Part shown: positions 1 to 13,601 of the stretch, in pieces
Position numbering within the stretch: the first letter of the stretch is position 1
How the letters are laid out: the number at the start of each line of letters is the position of its first letter
Source of the DNA: Geosiphon pyriformis uo1
Lineage: Eukaryota > Fungi > Glomeromycota
Length of the DNA stretch: 64,000 nucleotides
NCBI GenBank assembly: GCA_016748015.1
Contig: JAAOMT010000678.1
Span: 290,389-354,388 of the forward strand
Reading direction: 5' to 3'
The notes under the pieces: model-generated
Database searches by the model: none
What the model saw: the letters and a program-made list of their open reading frames with translations, nothing else
Told to the model about the DNA's origin: nothing
Program-made: the position numbers and the translations under genes

Positions 1-3000
1 ACCACCAGTCTCACCAATTGCCAAACAGCAACAACAATAGCTGCAGCCACAACTTCAACAACCAAATCCACCACAACAACCTATAATTACTTCAATAGCA
101 TTTGTTTCAATCATGAAACTTGAAAAATTTACCAGCAAAGAAGACAATGTCTAAGCTTGGATAAATAATGTTGCCAAAGCAATCACAGTTAATAATTGGA
201 ATAATGCCAGAGCCCTTTAAGTAATCCCATATTTTTTACAAGATATTACGAACTTATGGTATTAAAGCTTGGCTTAGAAACCCCAAATGTTTGATGTATT
301 CAAGCTAGAATTTTTAAGATACTTTAGCAATAATAACAGCATCAATTATTTAGCTATTGTCTTCACTAACATCAAACAAAAAGATACTGAGGCTGTCATT
401 ACTTATCTAAGATGCTTCCACAGAAATCTGTGCCAAATTCAAGTTATCAATACCGATTACTTCACAGTACCCCAAATCTTAAATCAGTTCATTTATGGAT
501 TATACAACAGTATCCTGCAACATGTGCATTCATTATATTCAGTTACACTTTAAGATGCAGTCACATATATCAGAGACTTTGAATCAGCTGAACTTGAAGC
601 CAATTATGTCCAAGTCATAAATCTAATAATGAACAAATTATCTGAATTGAATTCCAAATTGAAACAATTCAATAATTCAATCAACCAAAAAATTGAAGAA
701 TACTTAGCTAATTATAGCAATCAAGCAATTTATCAGCCATTACAATGTTGTGAAAATTCAGGAAATTCCAATTAATCTCAGAATTAGTCATGTCCATCTT
801 TAGCAAATCAACAGTAACAGCACAAGATACATATTTGTCATTATTGTGGTAAACAAGAACATATAAGAATAACCAATGATCAAGAAATCAATATCACAAC
901 TTTGATCACCAGTTTTAAACCCCAAACTATGCCAATAATCAATTACTTAAACAATATTACTATTAATCCCATTATTCACTCATGATACAACAAATATACT
1001 CACTTCTTATATATCAAACTCCAGCATCTGTAATATATCAACTACAGCTACAAATTATCTATTAATCTTAACAACTTCAAACTCTGTTATGAATTACAGC
1101 TTAAATAACATTCAGAAATTAAAAATCAAGAATGATTCAAAACTGAAGATCAGCAATGATTGTTTATTAGCAAATCCCAAGTTCTTCAAACCAACCATCA
1201 AAACCATACTAGTATAGTTTAGAAACTGGATATAACCAAAACCCAAATTCTCAAAACTATTTAAGTCTTCTAATTACCCCAGAAGACATCCAATCCAATC
1301 ATCAAGAAACCAATCAAAAGCCATTTACTAATAATATACTTTTAGCAACTGTCACAAATGACAAATTACTAGCCATAATTTTTTCTTTTGAATTCAAGGA
1401 ACCAGCAATAATTTTGTTATTTAGTAGAGCCACCCTAGACACAAAATCCATTATCATGATATACACCAATGCCAAGATTGATAGTCAGTCTATCAAATTG
1501 ATCTTAGACAATAGTTTAACAGACAGCATTATCACCAAACAACTCATAAACCAATTAAGTTGCTAAGTTGATTATGCTGTTAGTGCTAAAATTATTACTG
1601 CTAATGGAGCCACCAAAACTCTAATTGGCAAAATCAATAACTTCTTAATCGAAGTTAATAGCATTAGCATACTAATCAAAGTTTTTATCATAAAAGCCAT
1701 CTAGTACCAAGCCCTTATTGGTAATAACTGGTTGTTCAAAATCAATGTAGTGTTTGACTGGAACACCCAGGAGCTACAACTTAGTCAAAACAGCCAACAT
1801 ACTCAAATATCAGCTACTTGTAATTATTTTAAGACTACCACCAATAAACAGCCACTAATCAAGTTGGAGGAAAAAAAAAAACCTACTTAAGAAATATATT
1901 AGATATCATGGGCCAAAAAAAACACAATGAATTACCACTGGTGCTTACCTGAAAAGAGAAAGGAAAAGGGAAAAAAAGAGAAAAAAAAAGAAATCTAAAC
2001 AATTACCTCTACATATATTCCATATAATACTACTACTTAATGCCAGCCAAACTATTATTGACCAAAATTAATTTGTGTTAATTGTGACAAGAAATTGTTA
2101 ACAATAGGCATATATTGTAGTGATAATAAAAAATAGCCAATGGTCACTAAGTACTACTACTGTTCATGCATCCTTGAACATTTTGGACAACCAAAAAAAC
2201 AAAAAAAATAAAACAATAAACCATATCTTGCTTGTAAAGAAACTTTTCCAGACAAAAGAATGTAAAATAACATTCCTAGTTATGGAAAAATGTGTGATGA
2301 ATTGTGTCAATACATAATTCTGATTAGCAATTGGGTGAGAAGAAGAACACCCATAGATGCTGTTTAGAAAAGAGCTGTAAAATGTCTGGACAGTTGTTCA
2401 CATGATGACAATAAAATATGGAAAATGGCAATCACCAAAATCAAAGGCATAACACCAGAAAAAATTAAAATAATAAAAAACAACCTACTAGAACTGGAAG
2501 AGATCATTTGGATTCCAAATCCAAATATTATCTTTGACATAATGAATTCTGAACAATTCCATGAACACTACCAAGAATTAGCACACACTAAAGAAAAGCA
2601 AGAACAATATTTAAAAGAATTAAACACCTGACTTTGTGACTACTGTTTAATACCATATGACTTTTAATATTGTAATGAGTGTAACCTTATTTACAACCCA
2701 CCACTGTGCATGATCTACACAATCCTTGAAGAAGAAGAACCAATCAGCAGCTGTGCTTTGAAATCAGAATTGAAGTTTAATCCTAATTCAAACTTTGACA
2801 ATGACAATAAAAACAATGATTCCAGTTCAGTCTAAAATGGCAACATTAATAATAATAATTTGGACTCCAATTCAAACCCAAAACAATATATTACACTTTC
2901 TAATCTTTCTAAAAAACAAGAACTAAAATGGTTCAGCAATAATAATAAAAATATTATGCTAGAACACATGCATAATACCAATACAGGATTTAACTTAAGA

Positions 3001-5167
3001 TATCCAAAAAAAGATGCCATTAAATTAGAACCATATTTATGCATATGTATTGATCTAAAAGTAGTACTGAAAATTCCAGCAACAACTATAATCCAATTAG
3101 TATTTAGATTTAGTTTAGCAAAAAAGAAAATCAATATTAGAGAAGGAATAATTAACACAGGATATGTAAAAAATATTATTACAATGCTACAAAATGACTC
3201 AAAAAAAGAATATAGTATTGAACCAAATGAAAAAATAGCACAGACAATATTTTTATCTCTGGTTCAGTTAATATTAGTAGAAAAAAAATAAAAATTAGGG
3301 ATGACAGCAAAAGAGATAAATGGATTTGAATTTATGAGTAGGATAGATATACTAGTTAATATGGCAGAGGAAGAAGTTATTAACAAGAAAAAAATTATTT
3401 CCACCCATCAATCAATTTTTATTCTGTCATATAACTAGTACATGTTAACCATAAAAAGGAAAATAAAGAATCAAGCTCAAATTTTTGAAGTAGAAACTAC
3501 AATTTATGAATCAGAAAAGATTGAATTTACCAATCTTTACATACCAGCCAAAAGCCTGAAACACATCAAAATTTCTATTTACAACATAACTGGAAACATT
3601 ATCAAAATACCAAAAAGAACTACCATAGGATATTTAAGCATTAAAATCAAAAAACAACTACCAAACACCATTCCAGATTTTTCACAACTGTGTGGATATA
3701 TAAACATCACATCACAAACAATATATGGATGAAAAGAATGTTATTTGCTTCAACCAGAACAATTAGAACAAATGAACTTAAAAAATCTAAATCTACTTCA
3801 AAGAATGCAGCTCAAGATATTACTCAACAATTTCACAGATATTTTTGCAAGTAAAAATAAATTTGGCAGAACTGATATCATTCAACATTAAATCTAAACT
3901 GGAGATGCAATATCAATCAAACAACAAGCATATTGAGTACCACCAGCCAGCCATGAGATAATCCAACAAGAAATCAATCAAATGTTAAACAATGGATTAA
4001 TTTAATTATCAATGAGTCTATGGTCATTATCAGTAGTACTAGTCCATAAAAAGAATAAAAAAATCCACTTTTGTGTGGATTACAGAAAGCTTAATAGTAT
4101 TACTTGTAAAGACAGTTATCTAACTTCACAAATCCAAAAATTATTTGATGCTTTTAAAGATTAAAAATAGTTCTTCACATTAGACTTAGATAGTAGTTAT
4201 TAACAAGTAGCAAATCCAGCCAACAAAAAAAAAACTGTATTCACTACCAAAAAAAGAAATTTTGAATTTAAAGTTATGTCATTCAGCTTAACCAATGCTT
4301 CAGCCATATTTCAATGGCTTATGAAAATTGTTTATACTAAAATGTTATGGAAATTAGTAGTTGTATATTTGGATAATACCAATGTGTTCTCAAGAACATT
4401 CAATGATTATTTGCATTATCTTCAACAAGTGTTCAAAAGATTAAGAAAAGCAGAATTGAAACTGAATACAACCAAGTGCTTTTTTAGCAAAATGAAATTA
4501 AAATTTTTAGCACATATTATGAGCAAAAATGATATTAAGACAGATCCAGATAAAATTGAGATAATAAAAAACTTTTCAGTATCAACAAACTTAATAGAAC
4601 TATGGACATTTTTGGGATTTATTAAATACTACTGCCACTTTATACAGAACTTCTCAAAAATAGCTCAACCACTTTACCAGTTTCAAGCCAAAAATGTGAA
4701 ATACAAATGGACTAAAGAGCAACAAAAAGCTTTTAACACTTTAAAAAGAAAGTTCATCCAAGTACCAGTATTGATTTATTCAAATTACAGCAAGTTATTT
4801 ATTATTATTATTGATACATTTAGTCAATTATTGGGAGCAGTATTATTACAGAGAGGACCAGATAGAAGAAAATATCCAGTAGTATACATCAGCCAAAGTT
4901 TAAGTCTAGCTAAAAAGAACTATAAAATACCAGCATTAGAACACTTAACTATCTATTGGGCAGTCATAAAATAAAAAAAATACTTAAGCCAGAAATTTTA
5001 TATCTATACTAATCACAAAGAATTGACATCAATCCAAAAACAAGAATTTGGAGATGACTGCTACACTAAATAAAAATAGAACTTTTACCATTTAAATATA
5101 CAGTACATTACAAAAAAGAAAAAAAAATAAAAATACTAATGATTTGTTGCAAATAAAACAAATCTAA
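1..5167 (+). pseudogene. gag-pol polyprotein (Gag, zinc knuckle, aspartic protease, Cys-rich domain, dUTPase, RT, RNase H), disrupted
   Basis: CHYCGKQEHI knuckle ~836-870; ILDNSLTDS (decayed LDSGSAGS) at 1501; dUTPase-like NTGFNLRYP/GIINTGY/KIAQ ~2975-3345; RT VVVYLDN in ORF 4276-4974; RNase H IIIDTFSQLLGAVLLQ; stop TAA 5165-5167. Confidence 0.9.
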
Positions 5168-5197
5168 AAACATTCCAGTCCAAAAATATAACAAAAA

Positions 5198-6580
5198 ATG
5201 GATACACAAAAATATTAACAACTCTAACACTATATTAATACCCAGCAGTTTAAGAAGAAATTATCTCCAAAGAAATGGAACAACATAAAACAACAATCCA
5301 AATATTTTATTACTTACCAAAATATATTATATTGAAAAAACAGAAAGAATTCAGATCAATCATTCAGAGTAATCACAGAATTAGAGAAAAACACAATACT
5401 ATACAACATATACTCAGATTTGACAACAGGACACTTTTATAAAAAAACAACCATGGAAAGAACCAGAAAAAAATATTATTGGTCATCAATGTATTCAGAC
5501 ATTATTTAGTATGTTCAAAATTGTGATGCTTGTCAAGGAAAAGGAGAAACAAGACCCAGTGAATCACTAAAACCAATTAAAGTGGAACAACCATTTAACA
5601 GAATTGGAATTAACTTAGTCAGACCATTAAAAATAACCAGTAGAAGCAATTATTATATAACAGTAGTCATAGATTATTTCACAAAATGGCCAGAGATGAA
5701 AGCAATTCAAAAAGCAAATGCAGAATCCATAGCTGAATTTGTTCACCAAAACCTGATTTGTTGACACAAATGCCCAAAAGAATTATTATCAGATTAAAAA
5801 ACACATTTTGTAAACAGAATATTGGCAAAATTAAGCCAAAAATTTGGAATCAAAAGATCATTATAATTATCATATCATCCATAAACAAATGATTTAGTGG
5901 AAAAGTTCAACAGAACATTGTATAAAACAATTGCCAAAATCAGTTAAAAAAACCAGAATAAATGAAATTTGTTTATACTATCAGTACTATTTGCTTATCA
6001 GACAATAAAGCAAAATATCACATAAGCAATACCATTTGAATTTGTTTATGATAGAACAGCAATATTACCAGTGGAGATAAAAGTCAATATGTATCTAATT
6101 GAACCAATAAATGAAACCAATTTCCAAAGAACATTGCTAAGAAGAATATACAAATTAATAGAAACATTAAAAAACAAAAAATGAAGAACAGCTGATAACA
6201 TTCAAAAGTTACAAGAAAAATAAAAAAAATGACATAATAACCAATTACCAGATAAACCAGTTGAATTTAAAATTAAAGACAAAATACTTTTATATCATAC
6301 CAAAATGAAAAAACAATGGGGTAAAAAATTTGATTCCAAATGGAATAAACCATTTTATATTTAAGAAATTCTAAGAAATAAAGCTTACAAATTAAGATGG
6401 GACAACAAAATCTTAGCCAAAGCAGCACATGGAGATTGATTGAAACTATATTATAATACAGTATCATTATATATCAGTAATATTCTATAATTAAGAGTAA
6501 AATGAATATTAGCCCAACCAGATGAAATTCTATAAGATTTGAAACCAATTATAATCATTGATTCAAACACATTAAATTAA
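5198..6580 (+). pseudogene. Retrotransposon integrase of copy A (own ATG), disrupted
   Basis: Starts MDTQKY; CDACQ zinc motif, RIGINLVRPL, DYFTKWPE, NDLVEKFNRTL core, GPF-like C-terminal region; no chromodomain seen. Confidence 0.88.
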
Positions 6581-6639
6581 TTAACCAAAAAAAAAAGTAT
6601 ATAAGGACATAGTATACATAACAAAAGAACCAAAAAAAA

Positions 6640-7281
6640 ATGGAAATACCAGATTATATCCACATCTTAGCTTAACAATTATTTTAGGTCTTAAATCAAC
6701 AATAATTAAACATAAAAATTGTTATTAGCCACCAAACAATCTGTTATCAAAACACCAAACAAGATAAAAAAGCAAAAAATACACCATATTAGTAACCACA
6801 GAATCTAACAAAATACTGGTTGGATAAAATAATAGAAAAAGTAAAAAACACTTTTGGAAAAATACCCATTATGGTTCTAACAGAAGAATTGTTAAAAGAA
6901 AATTGGAAACAGTGAATAGAATAATTTTCAATACTATACTGCTACTATCAGTTGGAACAAAAGTTAAATATTCAGAAGTTATATCTCGATAAAGCCAAAA
7001 GAATATTTAATCAAGAGATAATTCAGAACATTGAAGATATTATTGGAAAGAAAACAAATCTGACACTACATATTAAATCAATCTATTGACTACACATAAT
7101 CTTTTAAAACTACCTAAAAATATTGTTACATTTTAACATAGAAACAATAACTATTAACCAATAAAGAAGAATGAACAACTCGTAAATTGAAAATATAAGA
7201 AACAGAGTTAAACAAACAATATTAGAAAAAAAAGTTATAGACCTAATTCAAAACAAAAATTTTGATAGAGCTTAATATTAA
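6640..7281 (+). pseudogene. Accessory ORF3 of copy A (env position, unknown function)
   Basis: MEIPDYIHILA.QLF... aligns with 9080-9712, 58174-57550 and the intact ORF 52744-53397; ends at the PPT. Confidence 0.75.
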
Positions 7282-7294
7282 AAAGAAGAGATAA

Positions 7295-8205
7295 TGTTAC
7301 TTATAAAAAAAAACATACAAGAAAAATAGTAAGAAAAACAGATAAACCAATAAGAGAATAGTAGCTAATATATAAGCATATTGCTTAGCAATATGGAGTA
7401 TTGTTAAGAATTATGATATTGCTTAGCAATGTGAAGCAATATCAGAAAATCATAACACATTGCTCAGCAATATAAGCATTGCTTAAAAAATTATAACACA
7501 TTGTTCAGGAATGTAAGCAATCTCATAAAACTTAAATTATGTATATATAAAAAGAGTATTAGAAGCAAAAAAAACAAAATTTCCAGTTAGAATTGATACC
7601 AAGATCTCTCAGTTAGAAACATTTTAGTTAAAATCATCCATATTAATAAATAATTATTCACTATCTAAATTACTTTTATACTATTAACACTTCATGTTAA
7701 TAGTATTCAATATTTGATTATACTGGAACAATAGCTCTTAATTATGACATTTAATAAAATACTAACTCTTTATTGCTTTGGCTTATTTTTTTATTTTTTT
7801 ATTTTTTTATTTCTTTTATTTTTTTTATTTTACTTTTTTGTTGTGTTACTAACTGATTAAAAAGATTAAGTGCTAAGTTATTAACATCAAGAATAGCCTA
7901 GTAAAAGACCCATAAAACAAGGGTAGAGAACTCAGAAATTAAGAATTAGCTTACTAAAAGAGCATAACTACCAGAATAAACTGGCCACTATACTGAAAAA
8001 AGAAATTTGATAGAATTGCAATTTTAGAAGACTACTGAAACAACTATTGAATCTTTGTCCATTATATAAAAGACTCAACCAAAACCTTCAGATATCAACA
8101 CTTTTAGAGACCAAAAACTTCAGAGAATACCACTTGTATTAGCTATTGAGCACCAAATTATGGATTTGTTATTTGATTTGAGACCCCAAGTAATTATCTG
8201 TAACA
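7295..8205 (+). repeat. 3' LTR of copy A (~911 bp)
   Basis: TGTTAC at 7295 after the PPT, GTAACA at 8200-8205; homologous to 9726-10479 and to the reverse complement of 56720-57532. Confidence 0.9.
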
Positions 8206-10479
8206 TCAACACAGATATTCAAAAGAATTGTTATCAAATTAAGGAACTTATTTTGTAAACAAAACATTAACAAAATTAAGCCAAAGGTTTGAAATCAAAA
8301 AACCATTATTATTACTATATTATTTACAAACAAACAGTCTAATAGAAAGATTCAACAGAACACTGTGTAAAGCAATAGCCAAAATCAGTCAAGAAAACCA
8401 AAATGAATAGAATTTGTTTATACCATTAGTATTATTTGCTTATTGAATAATGAAGCAAAATACCACACAAGTAATACCATTTAAACTTGTTTATAGTAGA
8501 ACAGCGATATTACTAGTTGAGATAAAAGTCAATATGTATTCAATTAAACCAATAAATAAAGCCAATTTCCAAAAAACATTGCTAAGAAGAATGTATGAAC
8601 TAATAGAAACATTAGAAAACAAAAAATGAAGAGCAGCTGATAATATTCAAAGATCACAAAAAAAACAAAAAAAAAGACATGATAACCAATTACCAAATAA
8701 ACCAGTTGAATTCAAGATTAGAAACAAAGTATTTTTGTATTGTACCAAAGCAGAAAAACAATAGAGTAGAAAATTTGATCCCAAATGAGATGAACCATTT
8801 TATATAGAAGAAATTCTAGAAAATAGAGCTTATAAATTAAGATGAGACAACAAAATTTTAACTAAAGTAGCACATAGTGATTAACTAAAATCATATTACA
8901 ATATAGCATTATTATTTACCAGTAATATTCTACAATTAAGAATACAATAAATACTAGTTCAACCAAATAAAATCTCATGAAATCTGAAACCAATTATAAT
9001 CATTAATTCAAATGTGTTAAATTAATTAACCAAAAGAGTATATAAGGAAATAATATATGTGACAAAAGAACCAAAGAAAATAAAAATACCAGATCATATC
9101 TACATCTTAGCTCAACAATTATTTCAGATCTTAAATCAACAACAATTGGACATAGAAATTACTATCAACTATTAAACAATCTGCTATTAAAACACTAAGC
9201 AAAAAAAAAATACACTATACCAGTAACTACAAAACCAATCAAGAAACTGGTCAGATAAAATAATAGAAAAAGTGAAGAACACTTTTGGGAAAATATCCAT
9301 AATGGTTTCAACAGAGGAACTTTCAAAAGAAAATTGGAAACAGTAAATAAAACAACTTTTAATATCATATTGCTACTATTAATTGAGACAAAATTTGGAT
9401 ATTTAGAAGTTATATCTTAATAAAGCCAAAAAAATATTTAATCAAAAAATAATACAGAATATTAAAAACATTATTAGAAAGAAAACAAATCTAACACTAC
9501 ACATTAGAACAATCTATTGATTACACATAATATTTCAAAATTATTCAGAAATATTGCTACATTCTAACATAAAGACAATAATTATTAACCAGTAAAGGAG
9601 AATGAACAACTCACAAATCAAAGATATAAGAAGCAGAATTGAACAAACAATATTAGAAAGAAAAGTTATGGACCTTATTCAAAATAAAAATTTTGATAGA
9701 GCTCAATATTAAAAAAAGAAAATAATGTTATTCATAGAAAAAGCATACAAGAAAATAATAGAAAAAACAGATAGACTAATAAGAGAATAGTAGTTAACAC
9801 ATGAGCACATTGCTTAAAAAATTATAGCACATTGCTCAAGAATGTAAGCAATCTCATAAAACTCAAATTATTTATATATAGCAAAAGCATTAGAAACAGA
9901 AAAAACAGAATTGATACTAAGATCACTCTATTAAAGACATCTTAGTTAGAATCATCAATATTAATAAAATAATTATTCACCATCTAAATCACTCTTCTCA
10001 CTATTAACACTTCATGTTGATAGTATTCAATACTTAATCATACTAGAACAATAGCTCTTGATTATGGCTATTGACAGAATACTAATATAAAATTGCCTTG
10101 GCTTAAATTTTTATTTTATTTTGTTTTTTTTATTGTTATATATTAATTAATTAAGGATTAAGTGCTGAATTACTGACATTAAGGATTGTCTGGTAAAAAA
10201 CCTCTGTAAAAAGATAGACACTTGAATTTAAAGATTACTTATCAAAAAATTGCTGGCCATCAAGCTGAGAAAGAAATTGATGAAATTGTGATTTCAGAAG
10301 GCTATTGAAAACAACTATTAAATTTCTGTTCATTATATAAAAGACTTAACCAAAATCTTTAGATTATAGAAACCTTCAAATCTACCAAAACTTTCAGATA
10401 TCAACATCCATACCAGTTATTAAGCACCAAGTTATGGGTTTGTTATTTAATTCAAGACTCCAAATAATCATCTGTAATA
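8206..10479 (+). mobile_element. Ty3/Gypsy family 1 copy B, 3' part (integrase C-half, ORF3, LTR), interrupted by copy A
   Basis: Resumes mid-integrase immediately after the LTR of A; ORF3 remnant 9080-9712; PPT; LTR 9726-10479. Confidence 0.9.
9726..10479 (+). repeat. 3' LTR of copy B
   Basis: TGTTAT...GTAATA termini (decayed TGTTAC/GTAACA); colinear with 7295-8205 with fewer U3 repeats. Confidence 0.88.
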
Positions 10480-12150
10480 TTGGCTTGTTGATAAGAAAGA
10501 CAGTATGTTAAATTGAAAAACTTTTTATTGTTGGAAGAGATTGGATTTACGAGACTCTATTTCTCATTGGTTTGGAGTTATGTCTAAGTATTTGTTAAGT
10601 CAAGTTTCATTTTCATTTGGCTGTGCTAACTTTGTTCAGTTGCATGGTTTAAATATTCTGAAATCTGGTAAGCTGTTTGTTGTGAGAGATGGTTTGTACA
10701 AAATTTGATCTGGTTTTTTTGAAATATATACAAATAGTTCATTGAGAGATGCTGGCTTTGCTAATGTTGCTAGTAGTACAGCTGTGTACTTTTTAGTCTT
10801 GAATATAAGTGTTGGTGTTGTTGTTTATGGTTTTTTGTTTTCTATTATGGCTGAATTGCAAACTGTTGCTTTGTCCTTGGAGTGTGTTTTATCTTTTAAT
10901 ACAGTGATATTGCATCTTGACTGCCAAGCTGCTATTGATACATGTGTGTTGAAGTTGTCATTTGCTGTGCCTAATTTTCGTAACCAGTATTGAATTAAGA
11001 GATAACATATTTTCAATTTAATTAGAAATAAGGATCTAACTGTAAATTGAATCAAGGTTAAGGACTATTTTGGGATTGCTGGTAATGTAAAGGCTAATTT
11101 TGCAGTTGGAGTAGCTGTACAGTCTTATTTTTCATTGCTGGCTAGTGTACAGAAGTGTTTTTTGGTGGCTGATAATACAGCTGTATTTGGTAGTATCCAT
11201 TATTTTGTTAGAAATATATTTTGGTCTATTTGTTACATTCATTGGGAAGCTGGTTCTGGCTGTAGTGTGGTTTCAGATATGTTGATCAAATGTGTAGACT
11301 AGATTTTTACTGCAAAGATATATCATCTTAATTCTTATATGCTTACTGGATTTACTAGCTGAAAGTCTTCTAATTTGCACATGTATTTAATAAAAGCTGT
11401 GCATAAGCAACTACTAATAGCAGTTAAAAAAAAATTGTATGATAAAAGTTATCTTGATGTGTTGTGTTTGTTGTATAGTAAAGTAGAGTTTTTGAATCAT
11501 GCTTTCATTTGTGTTCAGAATGTTGTTGTTTATGGTAAAATTTTGGTTAAAATTTCTGCATGGTAAATTGTTTTGGCTGGTGTTTGTTTTTTTCTGTCAT
11601 TTTGTGAGTTCTCTCTCAATATTCCTTAGATGCTGGCTTGTATACTATAGTATGTAAAGGGTTTGTGTTGAAAAAATAGTATGAAAAGACTTTTGGTATT
11701 TTTGAAAATAGAAAAAAGACTGCTATTAGAGTTGTCAAATATGTAAGATTTGTTGTGAAATTGCATTATATTAAAATATAGTTGGTAAGGTCTAAGCACA
11801 GAATAAAAATAGAAAAGATTGGTTTGGCTCATAATGGTGGTGTAATTTCTGGGCTGTTTGTAATGTGTTTTTAATGTTGTCTAATGAAATGGTCAAATTG
11901 CTTGGTATTGTTGAGTTTTTTACTATTAACTTTGGTTATTATAAGTCATGTCAGTTTTTTTCTGGTCTGGATAATAATGTATGAGTTAGCATAAGTGTGT
12001 AGTGTTGCTTTGTCTGGCCTAAGTGGCTAGCCACATGTAGTAAGTGCATAAGTTGTATTTAATTTAGGTTACTTAGTTTGGCTTTATGTATTAGATAGTA
12101 ATTGGGCTTTACTCATTAAATGCGTAAATAATAAAAAAAATAAAAAAATA
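10480..12150 (+). mobile_element. LINE 3' fragment (RNase H, zinc finger, 3' UTR, A-rich tail), interrupted by copy B
   Basis: EIYTNSS (decayed YTDGS) ~10725, AELQTV, KVKDYFGIAGNVKAN, CLLYSKVEFLNHAFIC; colinear with 43320-44958; conserved tail 12000-12120. Confidence 0.88.
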
Positions 12151-13204
12151 TAGTTAAAAATTAAATAACCAATAACTTGAAAACTATTTTCTATTTTTAG
12201 ATTAAAACTTATTTTTTTTAAATAAAATTATTATTTCAAATTTATAAATCTAAAATGTGTTGTTATAATTTGATGCTTAAAAATATTGTTAATTAATAGT
12301 AGATATTAAAAACATAACCTTAACTTATTATTTTAACCATTAATTTTTAATTATAATTATTAAAAAATATTAATTTTTTATTTTTTATTATTATTATAGA
12401 TTTAACTTATTAGAAAAAATAAAAATAAAAATATAATATTATAACCAATTTAATAAAAAATACTTAAAAAGTAATCTATTAAAATTAAATAGCTTATTAA
12501 AAAATCTTAAAATTAATAAAATTAATAAAATTTTTCAAATATATTATTTATATATAGTACCAATTATAAAAACTCATTCAAAAAATACTTATAATAAAAA
12601 AAAATTGAATTATCAAATTATATGTTTATTAATTCGCCTAACGAATACGGCCCAGATGCGATATATGTTTAAATATAATGTAGATATTAATATTAAAAAA
12701 AATTACTTGTAATTATAAAGAAATATAATTTATATAATTGAACTTTATAATTAATATATTTAAAATTTTACAAAATATAAATGATTTGAAAAAAGAAAAA
12801 TCAGTCTTATAAAACAACTTTATATGATTTTAAAAAAGAAATTTGTGTTAAGAAATTAATATACCAATGTTTCGAAAATTTTCAAATTAACCAAGATAAC
12901 CATTGATAAAATAGTAGAATTTGTGTATTTTTTATAATTGTGCACAAAGAAAAAATAAAAGTACCAACTGCAAAATTGAGAACAGATAATAAGAAAAATA
13001 ACATAATTCAAAAAGTAATTCAAAAGTAAAAGTTTGTATTAATAATAACAAGTTTAATAATGCTAAATTAGAAAATAAAATTGGATTATCCGAGTTATTT
13101 AGACCTAATTGACGGTAAATTTTTTTTCAAATATTCAGTGAATGGTCAGTTAATTAATGAATTGTTGTTTAGTGTAAATTGCAAATTGATGGTAATGAAT
13201 TGTT

Positions 13205-13323
13205 GACTGGCTCGGGTGGCTGGTCACGTGCTAACAAAGCGTGAACTACGTCTACTATAAAAATATACAATTTTATGAATGTAGATAATGATTAGGCCAT
13301 ACTTCGTTAAGCAAAAAAAAAAA
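13205..13323 (+). mobile_element. Isolated LINE 3' tail (5'-truncated insertion or SINE-like) with poly(A)
   Basis: CTGGCTCGGGTGGCTGGTCACGTG...TAGGCCATACTTCGTTAAGC followed by an A-run; matches tails at 12000-12120 and 44843-44958; CpGs retained. Confidence 0.7.
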
Positions 13324-13601
13324 TTATTTTGTTGAAATTGGTTATAAAATTTACTCATTTTATCAATTATATTATTTAAAATAATAATTATGTAAAGTAG
13401 CTGTTGTCTTGTTCTATTGTTAATAATTTCATAAAATATTTAACTTTTCTAGAATGAATAGCAAAAAATTATTTAACAATTCGAACTTTTTTATATGACA
13501 GTACAAGGTCTATCTGTATAACGATCAATTGTAAACATGGCCACCTTATAGAACAATTGTCCACAAACCTCTTTATGGTTATATATGCTATACATGTCTC
13601 A

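Larger units (their letters stand above)
1..8205 (+). mobile_element. Ty3/Gypsy LTR retrotransposon, family 1 copy A (decayed; 5' end outside window)
   Basis: Ordered remnants of gag, protease, dUTPase, RT, RNase H, integrase and an extra ORF, then a PPT (AAAAGAAGAGA, 7281-7291) and a 3' LTR bounded by TGTTAC...GTAACA; many premature stops. Confidence 0.95.

Noticed and set aside
4360-4380. YLDN instead of YLDD in the RT of copies A and C as a novel catalytic variant
   Set aside because: A G-to-A change consistent with the pervasive transition decay; D retains YLDD
7377-7520. CRISPR-like or satellite array
   Set aside because: Imperfect tandem units without unique spacers, inside an LTR of a eukaryotic genome
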